A stretch of 64,000 nt of DNA from the NCBI GenBank assembly GCA_963674745.2, contig CAXXDV010000001.1, positions 1,056,001-1,120,000 on the forward strand, read 5' to 3'. Position numbers and translations under genes: made by a program. How positions within the stretch are numbered: position 1 is the stretch's first letter; each line of letters starts with the position of its first letter. Of the stretch, positions 49,890-61,200 are shown piece after piece. Source of the DNA: Desulfosudaceae bacterium (GTDB lineage: Bacteria > Desulfobacterota > Desulfobacteria > Desulfobacterales > Desulfosudaceae). Below the pieces are notes generated by a model. The model worked only from the letters and a program-made list of their open reading frames with translations. It was not told the DNA's origin and ran no database searches.

Positions 49890-51014
49890 ATGAGCGCTTC
49901 CGAAAAGTTGAAAATACTGGTAGTCGATGACACCATTCTCTATCGCAAAATTGTCAGTGAAATCCTGGCCGAACTTCCGAATGTCGAGATTGTCGGCACC
50001 GCCAGTAACGGTAAAACCGCCATCACCCGCATTGCTTCCTTGAAGCCGGATCTGATCACGCTGGACATTGATATGCCAAGCATGGACGGTATCGAAGTCC
50101 TGGAAGAAATCAACCGGCTGGCCTATGACGTGGGCGTTATCATGCTCAGCTCCCTGACTTACGAAGGAAGTGAAATGACCGTCAGGGCCCTTGAGTTGGG
50201 GGCGTTTGATTTTATTCCCAAGCCCGAACTTGATTCCATGGAAGCCAGCAAACAATACATCAAGCAGCGGTTTGCCCCCATGGTTCGATCCTTTGCCGAT
50301 CGAAGAGAAATCAAAAAGATCCTGTCCGGCCAGTCATCATACAAAGCCAGAAAACCCGTTGAACCCATCATCACTGCCCCCGAGCCCACGCCACCTGCCA
50401 CGGTTGACAGACCGATCAGAGCCGGGAAAAAGACACGCTCTGATATTGTCGTTATCGGCATTTCAACCGGCGGCCCGAAAGCCCTGGCAGCACTGATTCC
50501 CGAAATTCCGGCCGACATCAACATTCCTGTTCTGATTGTTCAGCATATGCCGCCGCTTTTTACCCAGTCTTTGGCAAAAAGCCTCGATTCAAAATCAGCG
50601 GTTAAAGTTAAAGAAGCTCAGGACGGTGAGGCCCTGGCGCCGAACACCATTTTCATCGCTCCCGGCGGAAAACAGATGAAGGTGGAAAAAAACGAAAGCG
50701 GTGCCAAAATGCTGAGAATTTGTGACGATCCGCCTGAAAACAGCTGTAAACCTTCCGTTGATTACCTTTTCCGATCAGTGGCCGAGCATTTTGGAGAAAA
50801 AGCAACCGCTATTATTATGACGGGAATGGGATCAGACGGCAGCCTGGGTATTGAAGCCATGAAGGCCCGCGGGGCCTTTATTGTCGCCCAGGATGAAGCA
50901 AGCTGCACGGTTTTCGGCATGCCTAAAAAGCCGATTGAATCCGGCCTGGTGGATCTCATTTTGCCGCTTGAAAAAATTGCTGCCGAAATCATTAACGCCG
51001 TGAAGCCGCAATAA
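49890..51014 (+). CDS. cheB: Chemotaxis methylesterase (REC-CheB)
   Basis: GISTGGP, VQHMP, KPSVDYLF, MTGMGSDG; start could be 49857. Confidence 0.95.
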   Translation: MSASEKLKILVVDDTILYRKIVSEILAELPNVEIVGTASNGKTAITRIASLKPDLITLDIDMPSMDGIEVLEEINRLAYDVGVIMLSSLTYEGSEMTVRALELGAFDFIPKPELDSMEASKQYIKQRFAPMVRSFADRREIKKILSGQSSYKARKPVEPIITAPEPTPPATVDRPIRAGKKTRSDIVVIGISTGGPKALAALIPEIPADINIPVLIVQHMPPLFTQSLAKSLDSKSAVKVKEAQDGEALAPNTIFIAPGGKQMKVEKNESGAKMLRICDDPPENSCKPSVDYLFRSVAEHFGEKATAIIMTGMGSDGSLGIEAMKARGAFIVAQDEASCTVFGMPKKPIESGLVDLILPLEKIAAEIINAVKPQ

Positions 51015-51027
51015 TATTCGCGCGCCT

Positions 51028-51885
51028 ATGCCAAAGATCACGTCACTGGAATTCAGCGTCTTTTCTAAATATCTGTTTGAGATATCAGGCATATCGCTTC
51101 AAAAAGGCAAGGAGTATCTGTTTGATACCAGATTGGCGCCCCTGCTGGCGGAATTTAAATGTGTCTCTTTTTCAGAGCTGTATTACAAGGCCAAAAGGGA
51201 TATTGCCCTCGAAGAAAAAATCATCGATGCGCTGACCACGAACGAGACTTATTTTTTCCGGGACACCCATCCTTTTGAACTGCTTCAGCACAAAATCCTG
51301 CCCGACCTGATCGACAAGCGGAGTTCCGGCCCCCTGCCCATGGGAAAGGTACCGATCCGCATCTGGAGTGCGGGATGCTCCAGCGGCCAGGAGGTTTACA
51401 GCATCACGTTCATCCTGGACAACCTGAATCTTAAAGAAAGCGATTACGATATTTATATTCTCGGGACCGACATTTCCAACGCGGCCATTTCAAAGGCAAG
51501 TTATGGCGTTTATTCCAGTTTTGAACTGTCACGAGGCCTGCAACCGGACAACATGGAGTCTTATTTTACCAAAATAAACGACAACACATGGAAAATTAAT
51601 GATAAATATCGCTGGATGGTATCCTTTAAAACCCATAATCTGTTCAACAAAATTCCCACGCTGAAAAAATTTGATATTATATTATGCCGTAATGTGGGCA
51701 TTTACTTTTCTCAAGCTGATCGAAGCCGCCTTTATCAGATTATCCGGTCTCAAATTGCTGACGACGGTTACCTGTTGATTGGTTCAACCGAATCCCTTAC
51801 CCATGACACGGACCTTTTTATCCCCAAAAGATATCTCCGCGCGCAATTTTATCAACCCAACCCCGACATTGACCCGGGTTTGTAA
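51028..51885 (+). CDS. cheR: Chemotaxis methyltransferase
   Basis: LTTNETYFFRD, RIWSAGCSSGQEVYS, FDIILCRNV. Confidence 0.95.
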   Translation: MPKITSLEFSVFSKYLFEISGISLQKGKEYLFDTRLAPLLAEFKCVSFSELYYKAKRDIALEEKIIDALTTNETYFFRDTHPFELLQHKILPDLIDKRSSGPLPMGKVPIRIWSAGCSSGQEVYSITFILDNLNLKESDYDIYILGTDISNAAISKASYGVYSSFELSRGLQPDNMESYFTKINDNTWKINDKYRWMVSFKTHNLFNKIPTLKKFDIILCRNVGIYFSQADRSRLYQIIRSQIADDGYLLIGSTESLTHDTDLFIPKRYLRAQFYQPNPDIDPGL

Positions 51886-52014
51886 AAGTATTGTAACAGC
51901 TTATTTTCCCCTCGTTTTTTCCTTTTATTGTCATAGAATCGTCTTATATTCGTAACAGAAACAATGAAAACGTTTTAACCGTACGAATGGGAACATAACG
52001 GAAAGGAATGGGAC

Positions 52015-53799
52015 ATGAGTTGGCTAAAAAAAATATTGTTAGTGTATCCTGAAATTCCGACCAACACTTACTGGAGCTTTAAGTACACCCTTCGCTTCAT
52101 CAACAGAGAGACCGGGCTCCCCCCCCTGGGCCTCATCACCATGGCGGCCCTGCTTCCCGAGCATTATGAGTTGAAACTGATCGACATGAACATCGAACCC
52201 CTGAAGCAAACCCATGTGGAATGGGCAGATGCGGTCTTTGTTTCGGCTATGATTATTCAGAAAGAATCTCTTCAGGACGTCACCCGGTTATGCCGGAAAA
52301 CAAACACACCGGTTGTGGCCGGCGGCCCCTACCCCACGTCCTGTTATGAAGAAATCGACGGGGTTGATCATTTTGTCCTGGGAGAAGCGGAAACCATTCT
52401 GGCGGAGTTTCTGGCCGATTTTGAAAAGAAAGCCGCCGGCAAGGTTTACCGGGCCCGGCAGAAACCCGATATTACCGAAACCGTCCTGCCCCGTTTTGAC
52501 CTTCTAAAAATGAATCGATACAGTTCCATGGCCATACAATATTCCCGGGGATGCCCTTTTAACTGTGAATTCTGCGACATCTGGATCATGTATGGCAACA
52601 AGCCGCGACTGAAATCCGCGGCAAGCATCGTCCGGGAGATCGATACCCTGTACCGTTTGGGTTGGCGGGATTCCATTTTTATGGTGGACGACAACTTTAT
52701 CGGCAACAAAACCCGGGTAAAAAAAGAACTGCTGCCGGCCATTATAACGTGGGAACAGGAAAATAATTTCGTATACAAATTTTACACCGAGGCAAGCATC
52801 AACATGGCCTCAGACCCGGAACTCATGGACGGGATGAGCACCGCCGGTTTTGACCAGGTGTTTGTGGGTATCGAAACCCCGTCCAAAGAAGCCCTGTCTG
52901 AAACCGGCAAAAACCAGAACCTAAAATGCGACCTTGCCGAAGCGGTGCTAGCCATTCAGCAGCATGGTATTGAAGTAACAGCCGGGTTCATCCTTGGTTT
53001 TGACAGTGATACCGGGGATATCTTTGACCGCCAGATCGCCTTTATCCAGGAAACCGGTATACCCAAAGCCATGGTCGGTATTTTAACCGCCCTTCCCGGC
53101 ACCAAGCTGTATCAGCGCCTGGAAAAAGAGGGCCGTTTAACCGACGCCGACATTTCAGGCAGCAATACCCACAACATGGGTACCAACATCGTCACCACCA
53201 TGTCGGTAGAAGCGCTGAAAGAAGGTTATAAAAAAGTTTTGGGTACATTATATGACAAGACCCTGAAAAATTACTTTGCCCGTTGCGACACCTTGTTGTC
53301 CCGGCTGCAGCAGACGCCCTACAGACAGCGGAACATTCGGCTTCATGAAATAAAAGCATTGTTAAAATCACTGGCATTTCAGCCGTTCACCCCTTATGGC
53401 CGGCAGTACATTAAATTTATCAGCCGCAACCTGATCAAGCGCCCCCACCTTTTTGCCGAGGTCATCACCCATGCCGTCATGGGCCACCATTTCCAAATCA
53501 TCACCCAGGAAACCCTGAAAGTGGATGCGGCATCTTCCCTGCTGGATGATATTTATGAAAAAACCCGCGCCTATCTGGGTCGCCAGGCGGATCTGGTGAA
53601 ATCCGCTTCCGCCCTGCAGCGCTGGCGATTATACGAAGGATGGAAAAGCTGTAAAACCGGGCTTGAGACGGTCAAAGGCGTCATAGATCATGTTCACAAG
53701 GATTTTCGCGCCGATATCAGCCATAAATATTCGGATATCTACTCCCGGACAAAATCGCTGTTCGAGGAGGCCGAACGCCAGTTGCGACTGACAGGATAA
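52015..53799 (+). CDS. B12-binding radical SAM protein (DUF4070-type)
   Basis: PPLGLIT, GGPY, SRGCPFNCEFC (CxxxCxxC), VDDNFIGN, GFILGFDSD. Confidence 0.9.
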   Translation: MSWLKKILLVYPEIPTNTYWSFKYTLRFINRETGLPPLGLITMAALLPEHYELKLIDMNIEPLKQTHVEWADAVFVSAMIIQKESLQDVTRLCRKTNTPVVAGGPYPTSCYEEIDGVDHFVLGEAETILAEFLADFEKKAAGKVYRARQKPDITETVLPRFDLLKMNRYSSMAIQYSRGCPFNCEFCDIWIMYGNKPRLKSAASIVREIDTLYRLGWRDSIFMVDDNFIGNKTRVKKELLPAIITWEQENNFVYKFYTEASINMASDPELMDGMSTAGFDQVFVGIETPSKEALSETGKNQNLKCDLAEAVLAIQQHGIEVTAGFILGFDSDTGDIFDRQIAFIQETGIPKAMVGILTALPGTKLYQRLEKEGRLTDADISGSNTHNMGTNIVTTMSVEALKEGYKKVLGTLYDKTLKNYFARCDTLLSRLQQTPYRQRNIRLHEIKALLKSLAFQPFTPYGRQYIKFISRNLIKRPHLFAEVITHAVMGHHFQIITQETLKVDAASSLLDDIYEKTRAYLGRQADLVKSASALQRWRLYEGWKSCKTGLETVKGVIDHVHKDFRADISHKYSDIYSRTKSLFEEAERQLRLTG

Positions 53800-53944
53800 A
53801 ACGCTTTCCGATCCGCCCGACAAGGTGTATGGTAATGGCCGGAGATACCCTTTAATCCGGATCTTTCATGAACTTTTTTACCTGTGTCGACAACGTTCAT
53901 GAACGGTCCGGATTAGCAACACCTGAACATCCGGGCGAAAAGCC

Positions 53945-54802
53945 GTGAGTGCGGAACATTTCACAACACCTCTGGTCAGCGTCATTATCCCTGTGTACAA
54001 CCGGCGGCATATGGTCTGCCAGGCTGCGGAATCGGTCCTGGCTCAGTCTTATAAGAGCATTGAGTTGATTGTCGTTGATGACGGTTCGACAGACAATGTC
54101 GGGGCCGCATTGGCGCCATACGGTGATTCCATTACTGTTTTGACCAGGGAGAACCGGGGGGTCAGTGCCGCACGGAACGTCGGTGTTGCCCGGTCCCGGG
54201 GAAAATATGTGGCCTTTCTTGATTCGGATGATCTCTGGCTGCCGGAAAAACTGAACCGACAGGTCGCTTTTCTGGAGGCCAATCCGGAGGCACGCATCTG
54301 TCAGACAGAAGAAATCTGGAATAAAAACGATCGCCGCATCAACCCCAAAAAAAGGCATCGTAAACCATCGGGGATGATTTTCATGCCCTCCTTAGAGCTT
54401 TGTCTGGTCAGCCCTTCAGCGGTTATGCTGGAAAAATCTTTTTTTCTGGAAACAGGGGGGTTTGACGAATCATTACCGGCCTGCGAGGATTATGATTTAT
54501 GGCTGAGGATAAGCTGCCGGTACCCCATCTATCTGATCGATGAGCCCCTGGTCATAAAGCGGGGAGGGCACAAAGACCAGCTTTCATCGGCGTCGGGGCT
54601 GGATAAATTCAGGATTCAGGCGTTGCAGAACATTATTGACTCGCCTCACCTGACCCGATCCATGCGCCAGGCGGCGGTGTCGGTGCTGATCAAAAAATGC
54701 CGGATATACGCCCAGGGCTGCGCCAGAAGAAACAGGGCTGTTGAGGCTGAGCAATATTATCGTATTGCGGACAGGGCTTTTAAAAAGCAGGCCCTGCCCT
54801 GA
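53945..54802 (+). CDS. Family 2 glycosyltransferase
   Basis: VSVIIPVYNR, VVDDGSTD, GVSAARN, AFLDSDD, CEDYDLWLR. Confidence 0.92.
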   Translation: MSAEHFTTPLVSVIIPVYNRRHMVCQAAESVLAQSYKSIELIVVDDGSTDNVGAALAPYGDSITVLTRENRGVSAARNVGVARSRGKYVAFLDSDDLWLPEKLNRQVAFLEANPEARICQTEEIWNKNDRRINPKKRHRKPSGMIFMPSLELCLVSPSAVMLEKSFFLETGGFDESLPACEDYDLWLRISCRYPIYLIDEPLVIKRGGHKDQLSSASGLDKFRIQALQNIIDSPHLTRSMRQAAVSVLIKKCRIYAQGCARRNRAVEAEQYYRIADRAFKKQALP

Positions 54803-54960
54803 AACAGACACACATTCGAAGCCTGTATCTTCATCGGTTGTCATCGTTCATCCTGACCGACAAAAAACACTTTATTTATTAGCAAGCTTCTATTATATTT
54901 ATTAAATAAACTTTCCAGGCACAAAGCGTCATTTTCAAAATCCAAGGGTATATCCTGATC

Positions 54961-57900
54961 ATGAGCCGGGATTTATTGTTCCAAAACCCCGTTTTAAGAT
55001 ATTTATCCGGGCGAATCGCAGCCGGGTTTTTTTATCTGGGCCTGTCGGCTCAAACCGCCTTGGCCGCCGGCTTTTCTCCGGCCGCACCTGCTTCTTTTCA
55101 GGCGTTTTTGGTGCCTGCTTTTATTGCCGCCCTGGCTGCCGTCTTTTTTCTTGGCAAAAAACTTCGAGCGGTGAACCAAACGGCGGAACACGACCGGGAA
55201 AAGATGGAAAATCTTCAGGAAGACGCCTACCATTATCGCCTTCTGGCCGACAATATAAACGACATCATTTTTACCCTGGACATGAACCTCCGCTATACCT
55301 TTGTCAGTTCATCGGTTGAACGCGTTCGGGGTTATTCCCCGGAAGAAGTCCTGAGCCTTCCCCTGGACCGGCAAATGACCCCGGCTTCACTGGAAAACGC
55401 ATTAAGCGAATTTTCCGATGCCCTTAAAAAAGCGAAAACAGACCGTGACATGGCCAAACCGAAAATTATCGAAGTGGAGATGTACCACAAATCCGGTGGT
55501 ACTGTCTGGCTGGAACTGAATGTCGACTTTCTTTGGGATAACGCCGACCGGCCGGTCGGCGTTATCGGCCTCAGTCGCTGTATCAACGAACGAAAGCAGG
55601 CGGAACAGAAACTCCGGGAAAGTGATGAACGATACCAGGCCCTGTTTGAACGGTCTCTGGAATATATTTACATTAATGACCTGGAGGGCCATTTTCTGGA
55701 GGTTAATGACGCGGCCCTGGATGCCATGGGATACAGCCGGGAAGAACTGTTAATGCTGAATTATGCCGACCTTCTCTCCGAAGCGCATCTGATGACGGCA
55801 TTTGAAGCCCTGCGGGAAGTTGTTGAAACCGGCAGCCAGGCCGAACTCACGGAATACCGATTAAAAACGAAAACAGGTGGTCATATCTGGGTTCAGACCA
55901 AGGCGACATTACTTTACCGGAATGGCGCGCCTTATGCTATCCAGGGCATTGCCAGGGACATTACCGATCAGAAAACAGCCCGCCTGGCGCTCGAGGAAAG
56001 TGAACAAAAATACCGTTCCATTATCGACAACATGCAGGGGGCCTTTTACCGCACCGACATTAACAGCCGTCTTGTCCTGGTCAGCCCCTCCGCTGCGGTC
56101 CTGTTCGGTTATGATTCGATAAATGAAATGCTGGGAATAAACGTGTCCGAAGCCTTTTATCTGGGCCCTGACGACCGCAACGCCTTTCTGGCAACCCTGG
56201 AAAATCAGGACCGGGCCGTCAACTACGAAATGATGCTAAAAAAGAAAGACGGTACCCCGCTGCCGGTAATGATCAGCAGTTCCTTTTATTATGATGAAAC
56301 GGGTAACAAGCTCGGCGTCGAAGGGGTTGTTTCTGATATTACCGCCCGCAAAAAGGCGGAAAACGCCCTCAAACAGATGGTTGGCTGGCACAAGGGCATC
56401 AATGATCTCCATAACGAGATTTTGAATAAAAGAACCCTGGAGGATCGACTGCAGGTCATTACTGACGGCATTCAAAAAACGTTTGACCTTTTTCTCTGCC
56501 GCATATGGATAACACGGCCGGGAGAGCGTTGTTTTTCCTGTTTGCATGCTGCCGTTGCCGACGAAAACCGCTTGTGCCGGGACGGGGATCGGTGCCTGCA
56601 CCTTATGGCCAGTTCAGGTCAAAACAGACGGACGGACGGTAATTATTGCCGCATCCCCTTCGGTTTTCATGATGTTTACTGGAGAGATTCTGACCAACTG
56701 CCGGGTTTCCTGACCAATGAGGCTGAAACAGCCCCCATTGCACGGGACAAAGAATGGATCAGAGAAAACGGGATCACGGCCTTTTCCGGCCGTCAGCTTC
56801 GGGATAACAAGGGCAACACCATCGGGGTGCTGGGGCTTTTTTCACAACATATTATCTCTGATGCTGAATACCAGCTATACGGCAGCCTGGCCAACACGGC
56901 CTCGCAGATTATCCTGTCCAGCCTGGCGGAAGCGTCCCTGGAGCAGGCCCGGAAAGCGGCTGAAGCGGCCAGCCGGGCAAAAAGCGATTTTCTGGCCAAC
57001 ATGAGTCATGAAATACGCACCCCCATGAACGGTATTCTGGGCATGACCGATATGCTGCTGGACACCAACCTTTCCGGCCAGCAGCGTGATTTTGCCCAAA
57101 GCGTTAAATCCAGCGCCGAATCACTTCTGGCCATAATCAATGATATTCTGGATTTTTCAAAAATCGAGGCCGGCAAACTGGAAGTGGAAGCGATTGAATT
57201 CGACTTAAAGCAACTGTTAACGGAAATTTTAAATATCATTTTTCTGGAGACAAAAGAAAAAGGAATCAAATGTTCGGCCGATGTCAAAGAAAACGTTCCT
57301 CACCGTTTAACCGGAGATCCGGTAAGGTTACGTCAGATATTGATGAACCTGCTCAGCAATGCCGTAAAGTTCACCCGCCAAGGCTCTGTGAAAATTACCA
57401 TTTCTCTTGAAAGCGAAACCGATGAAGATGCCTTTGTGCGGTTTGAAGTCCTTGATACCGGTATCGGCATCCCTGCCAAATATCACGACAAACTCTTCCA
57501 GTCCTTTACCCAGCTTGACGCCTCGACCACGCGCAAATTCGGCGGAACCGGCCTGGGCCTGGCCATCAGCAAGCAGCTGGTGGAATTGATGGGCGGTGAA
57601 ATCAGCTTTACCAGCGAGGCCGGAAAAGGGACCGCCTTCTGGTTTACGGTTCCTTTTATTACAAAACATTCGCCAGCGTCGGCAGTAGATATCGCGGTAA
57701 CAGGGGTTTCGCCTCCGCCGACCGACAGCCTGCAGATTCTCCTGGCCGAAGACAACCCCATCAACATGAAAGTAATCGAAAAGCAGCTGGAGCTGCTGGG
57801 GCACACCGTGACCTCCGTGCTGAACGGCGAAGAAGCCGTCATCGCGTTTCAAAAAAAACATTTTGACCTGGTATTCATGGATATCCAGATGCCGGTGATG

Positions 57901-58113
57901 GACGGGGTAAAAGCAGCCCGGCAGATTCATAAAATCCAGGACGAAAAAAGGCCCGACCGCAAAGCACCCGTCATTGCCCTGACCGCACATGCCATGGCGG
58001 GCGAACGGGAAAGCCTGTTAAGCAAAGGCCTGGACGGCTATATTCCCAAACCCGTGACCAGCCAGATACTGGATGAAGCCATCCGGCAGGCGCTGGCATC
58101 TGACGGCCGGTAA
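54961..58113 (+). CDS. Hybrid sensor histidine kinase (TM, 3xPAS, GAF, HisKA, HATPase, REC)
   Basis: FLANMSHEIRTPMNG, NAVKFT, GGTGLGLAIS, LLAEDN..MDIQMP. Confidence 0.93.
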   Translation: MSRDLLFQNPVLRYLSGRIAAGFFYLGLSAQTALAAGFSPAAPASFQAFLVPAFIAALAAVFFLGKKLRAVNQTAEHDREKMENLQEDAYHYRLLADNINDIIFTLDMNLRYTFVSSSVERVRGYSPEEVLSLPLDRQMTPASLENALSEFSDALKKAKTDRDMAKPKIIEVEMYHKSGGTVWLELNVDFLWDNADRPVGVIGLSRCINERKQAEQKLRESDERYQALFERSLEYIYINDLEGHFLEVNDAALDAMGYSREELLMLNYADLLSEAHLMTAFEALREVVETGSQAELTEYRLKTKTGGHIWVQTKATLLYRNGAPYAIQGIARDITDQKTARLALEESEQKYRSIIDNMQGAFYRTDINSRLVLVSPSAAVLFGYDSINEMLGINVSEAFYLGPDDRNAFLATLENQDRAVNYEMMLKKKDGTPLPVMISSSFYYDETGNKLGVEGVVSDITARKKAENALKQMVGWHKGINDLHNEILNKRTLEDRLQVITDGIQKTFDLFLCRIWITRPGERCFSCLHAAVADENRLCRDGDRCLHLMASSGQNRRTDGNYCRIPFGFHDVYWRDSDQLPGFLTNEAETAPIARDKEWIRENGITAFSGRQLRDNKGNTIGVLGLFSQHIISDAEYQLYGSLANTASQIILSSLAEASLEQARKAAEAASRAKSDFLANMSHEIRTPMNGILGMTDMLLDTNLSGQQRDFAQSVKSSAESLLAIINDILDFSKIEAGKLEVEAIEFDLKQLLTEILNIIFLETKEKGIKCSADVKENVPHRLTGDPVRLRQILMNLLSNAVKFTRQGSVKITISLESETDEDAFVRFEVLDTGIGIPAKYHDKLFQSFTQLDASTTRKFGGTGLGLAISKQLVELMGGEISFTSEAGKGTAFWFTVPFITKHSPASAVDIAVTGVSPPPTDSLQILLAEDNPINMKVIEKQLELLGHTVTSVLNGEEAVIAFQKKHFDLVFMDIQMPVMDGVKAARQIHKIQDEKRPDRKAPVIALTAHAMAGERESLLSKGLDGYIPKPVTSQILDEAIRQALASDGR

Positions 58114-58166
58114 TTACCACGATGAGAAAGCGTTATCTTCGCGACAGGCCAAGACTCAAAGACAAA

Positions 58167-58256
58167 AGGGTTCTAGGATTCGAGGGGTCGAGGGTTCAAG
58201 TGTTTGTTGCGGTTCTTGCCCCCTTGAACCCTTGGCACCTTGACCCCTAGAACCCT
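58167..58256. repeat. Octamer-repeat inverted hairpin between convergent genes
   Basis: AGGGTTCT AGGATTCG AGGGGTCG AGGGTTCA ... TGAACCCT TGGCACCT TGACCCCT AGAACCCT. Confidence 0.85.
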
Positions 58257-58265
58257 CAGCGACAG

Positions 58266-61200
58266 CTAAATCATCCGGTCGATTTCACGGACCTTATCCC
58301 TGACCCGCTTGGCTGATACCGGAAATGCCGTTTTGATTTCCTGGGCAAAAACCGACAGCTTAAACTCCTCGACCAGCCAGAAAAAGTCTTCAAGTGCCCG
58401 ACGTTTATCCGGAGACGTTTCCGGCGTCAGTGTCTCGGTCAGCCGCGTCAGTTCATCCATGGCCCACTTCACCTGTTCCTTTTTACGACAGTGAGCAGGG
58501 AAATTGTCCACTGCCCGACGCGCCCGCAGCCGGGCGGCGCGAATATACCGGGGCAGTTGCACCAGCCGTTTTTGATCATACAGCATGACAACGTTTTCGG
58601 GCACCAGTTCCGTCAGCTCAGCCAACAGGTGTTTCAGCTCCCGTCCAACTTCTCCCCGGGGATTAAGCGATGCTGTCAGATCAGCCAGATCCTGGCGAAT
58701 ATGGCAGTATTCCTTTACAATATCCGTAACAATGCTTTTCAGTTCTTGCGCCCGCTGATAAAGGGTCGCCGGGACTTCGGCCGCATAGCTTTCAAATTCA
58801 ACCCGGCTACGAATATCTTTACCAAAACAGTCCGCCATAATTTTTTCCACCATGGCCGAAGAAAGCGCCGGCGCACCGCCCAGGTAAACGGCCTGTCTGG
58901 CCAGGACCGGTGAAAGGGCCAGGTCCTGTTTTAAATAATTAACCTCCTTTGACAACCGTCTTTCCAGCAACTGCCGAACCCCCCGCCGATGAACCTCCCG
59001 GGCCTCCGCCCGATTGGTAAAAACCCGCAACCGAACCGCCTGGCCCTGTTTTTCCAGTCCCGGATAAACCATTCCCCGCTTTCCGGAAAGAACAATTTCG
59101 TCGGGCAGATCCGGAAAGCGCTTGTCGTCGATATTATCTTTCTCCCATTTTCTGCGGATATCATCCATTTCATCGTTTTGGCTTTCCGGACGGGGTATAT
59201 GCCGCAAAACAGACCTGTCCCTTGACGCGGAAAGGGCCTGCCCGTTTTCATCGATCAGTGCCAGGCGCATGGTCAAATGGTCCGGAAGACGCCGGGGCTG
59301 CCAGGCCTTTCCCGGAATATCGACCCCGAACCGGTTTAAAATGAAATCCGACAAGGCCATGATCAGGGGGCGGTCCTGCCGGGGCATCTCTTCTAAAATC
59401 ACGGCAACTGTCTGATTCAGCGGTACCAGCTGCTTGCGATATGCCTTTGGAAGCGTTTTCAGCAGCGCCGTCACTTTTTCCGGCAACAGACCGGGTACCA
59501 GCCAATCCAGGCGCTCGGCAGGGACATCCGCTGCCGAAGGTATGGGTATGTTTGCCGTGATACCGTCGGCGGGATTTTCGGGATCAAATTTGTAAGAAAG
59601 CGGCAGGCGGACATTACCGGCCTCTATGCTGTCGGGAAACAGGGTCTCCGCTTCCCGTCCCGGCCGGTTGCGCAGGACATCATCCAGCGACAACCGCAAT
59701 GATTTATCCCCCTGTTGTTTCACCTGTTTTTTCAATGCGGACAGGGAATAAACGGTGTCCGGAAGCTTGTCCCGGAAAAAAAGAAACAAGGCTTCTTCAC
59801 CGGCCAGAAAATCTTTTTTTCTAAGCCGGTCTTCCATCTCGACCGCTGCTTCGATGATGGACCGGTTATGGCGCATAAAAGGCAACGGCCGCTCGACTTC
59901 ACCCCGAACCAGCGCGTGCCGGACAAACAGGTCACAGGCCTCACGCGCATTATCCGCCCCGAACGGCACCCCATGCTCAATGTCGACACTCAAACCAAAA
60001 AGAATGAGCTCACGGTCGGCCAACGCCTGGCCTTGTTCACCGGACCAGCGCGGGTTGATATAAACCGTCCGGCACAGGTCACCGGCAATACGCTTTATCC
60101 AGGCCCGCTCTATCCGGGCTGCTGTTCGGGCGTAAAGACGTGTGGTCTCAACCATTTCCGCCGACACAAGCCAGACCGCCTCACTGCCGGCCAGGGCGGA
60201 ACCGGGAAAAACGGTCACCTCTCTTGATTTGCCCGCCAGATATAGATTCTTGTCCCTCTTTTGGGCGATATTGGAAAGATACCCGCTTAAGACCGCCGTA
60301 TGAAACACCTCGTAAAACCTGTCCGGATCTTTTTTGCGGCTGATCCTTCCCCCCGATGAACGGGCCAGCCGGTATTCAACGGCAATGTCCTTCAGCTGGG
60401 AATATATATCCCGCCACTCCCTGACACGGTTCGGGGATAAAAAAAACTCCCGGCAGAAGGCTTTCAACCGGCCGGCTTCTTTATTGCCGATCCCTTCCCA
60501 TAAATTAATCAGGGTCAGAAAATCAGAGTCCGGATCCGTAAAATCAGACAACGCCGCCCTGGCCTCTTTTTCTTTGTCCGGCGGATGTTCCCTGGGATCC
60601 TGAATGCTCAGGGCGGCGGCGATAACCAGGGATTCATCCAGGCATCCGGACCGGCCGGCTTCGATCATGATCCGTGCCAGCCGGGGATCCACCGGGATTT
60701 TCGCCATCAGGGCGCCTGTCCGGGTTAACTGAAAACGATTCCGGGCAGACGGGCCTCTTTTTCCGGCGGGAACGATCGCCCCCAGTTCGTAAAGAACATC
60801 AAACCCGTCGAGGATGCTCTTTTCCATGGGTGGATCCACAAAGGGGAATTGACGGATATCACCCAGCTTCAAGGCCATCATGCGCAGAATGACCTCCGCC
60901 AGATTGGCCCTTAAAATTTCCGGGGGGGTATAGATATGCCGTTTTAAAAAGTCCTTTTCCGGATAAAGCCTCACGCAGACGCCATCGGACAACCGTCCAC
61001 ACCTGCCCTGACGCTGAAGGGCGCTGCTTTGGGAAATTTTCCGGACCGACAGAGACGTTACCCGGGTGCGGGGATTATAATATGGAATACGGGCCAGTCC
61101 GGTATCAACCACATAGCGTATCCCCGGCACGGTCAGCGAGGTTTCGGCGATATTGGTGGCCACAATAACTTTCCGGCCGCGCTGCTTTTTAAACACGCTT

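Noticed and set aside
52015..53799. Hopanoid C-2 methylase HpnP
   Set aside because: Same broad family, but no hopanoid genes nearby and specificity cannot be read from motifs
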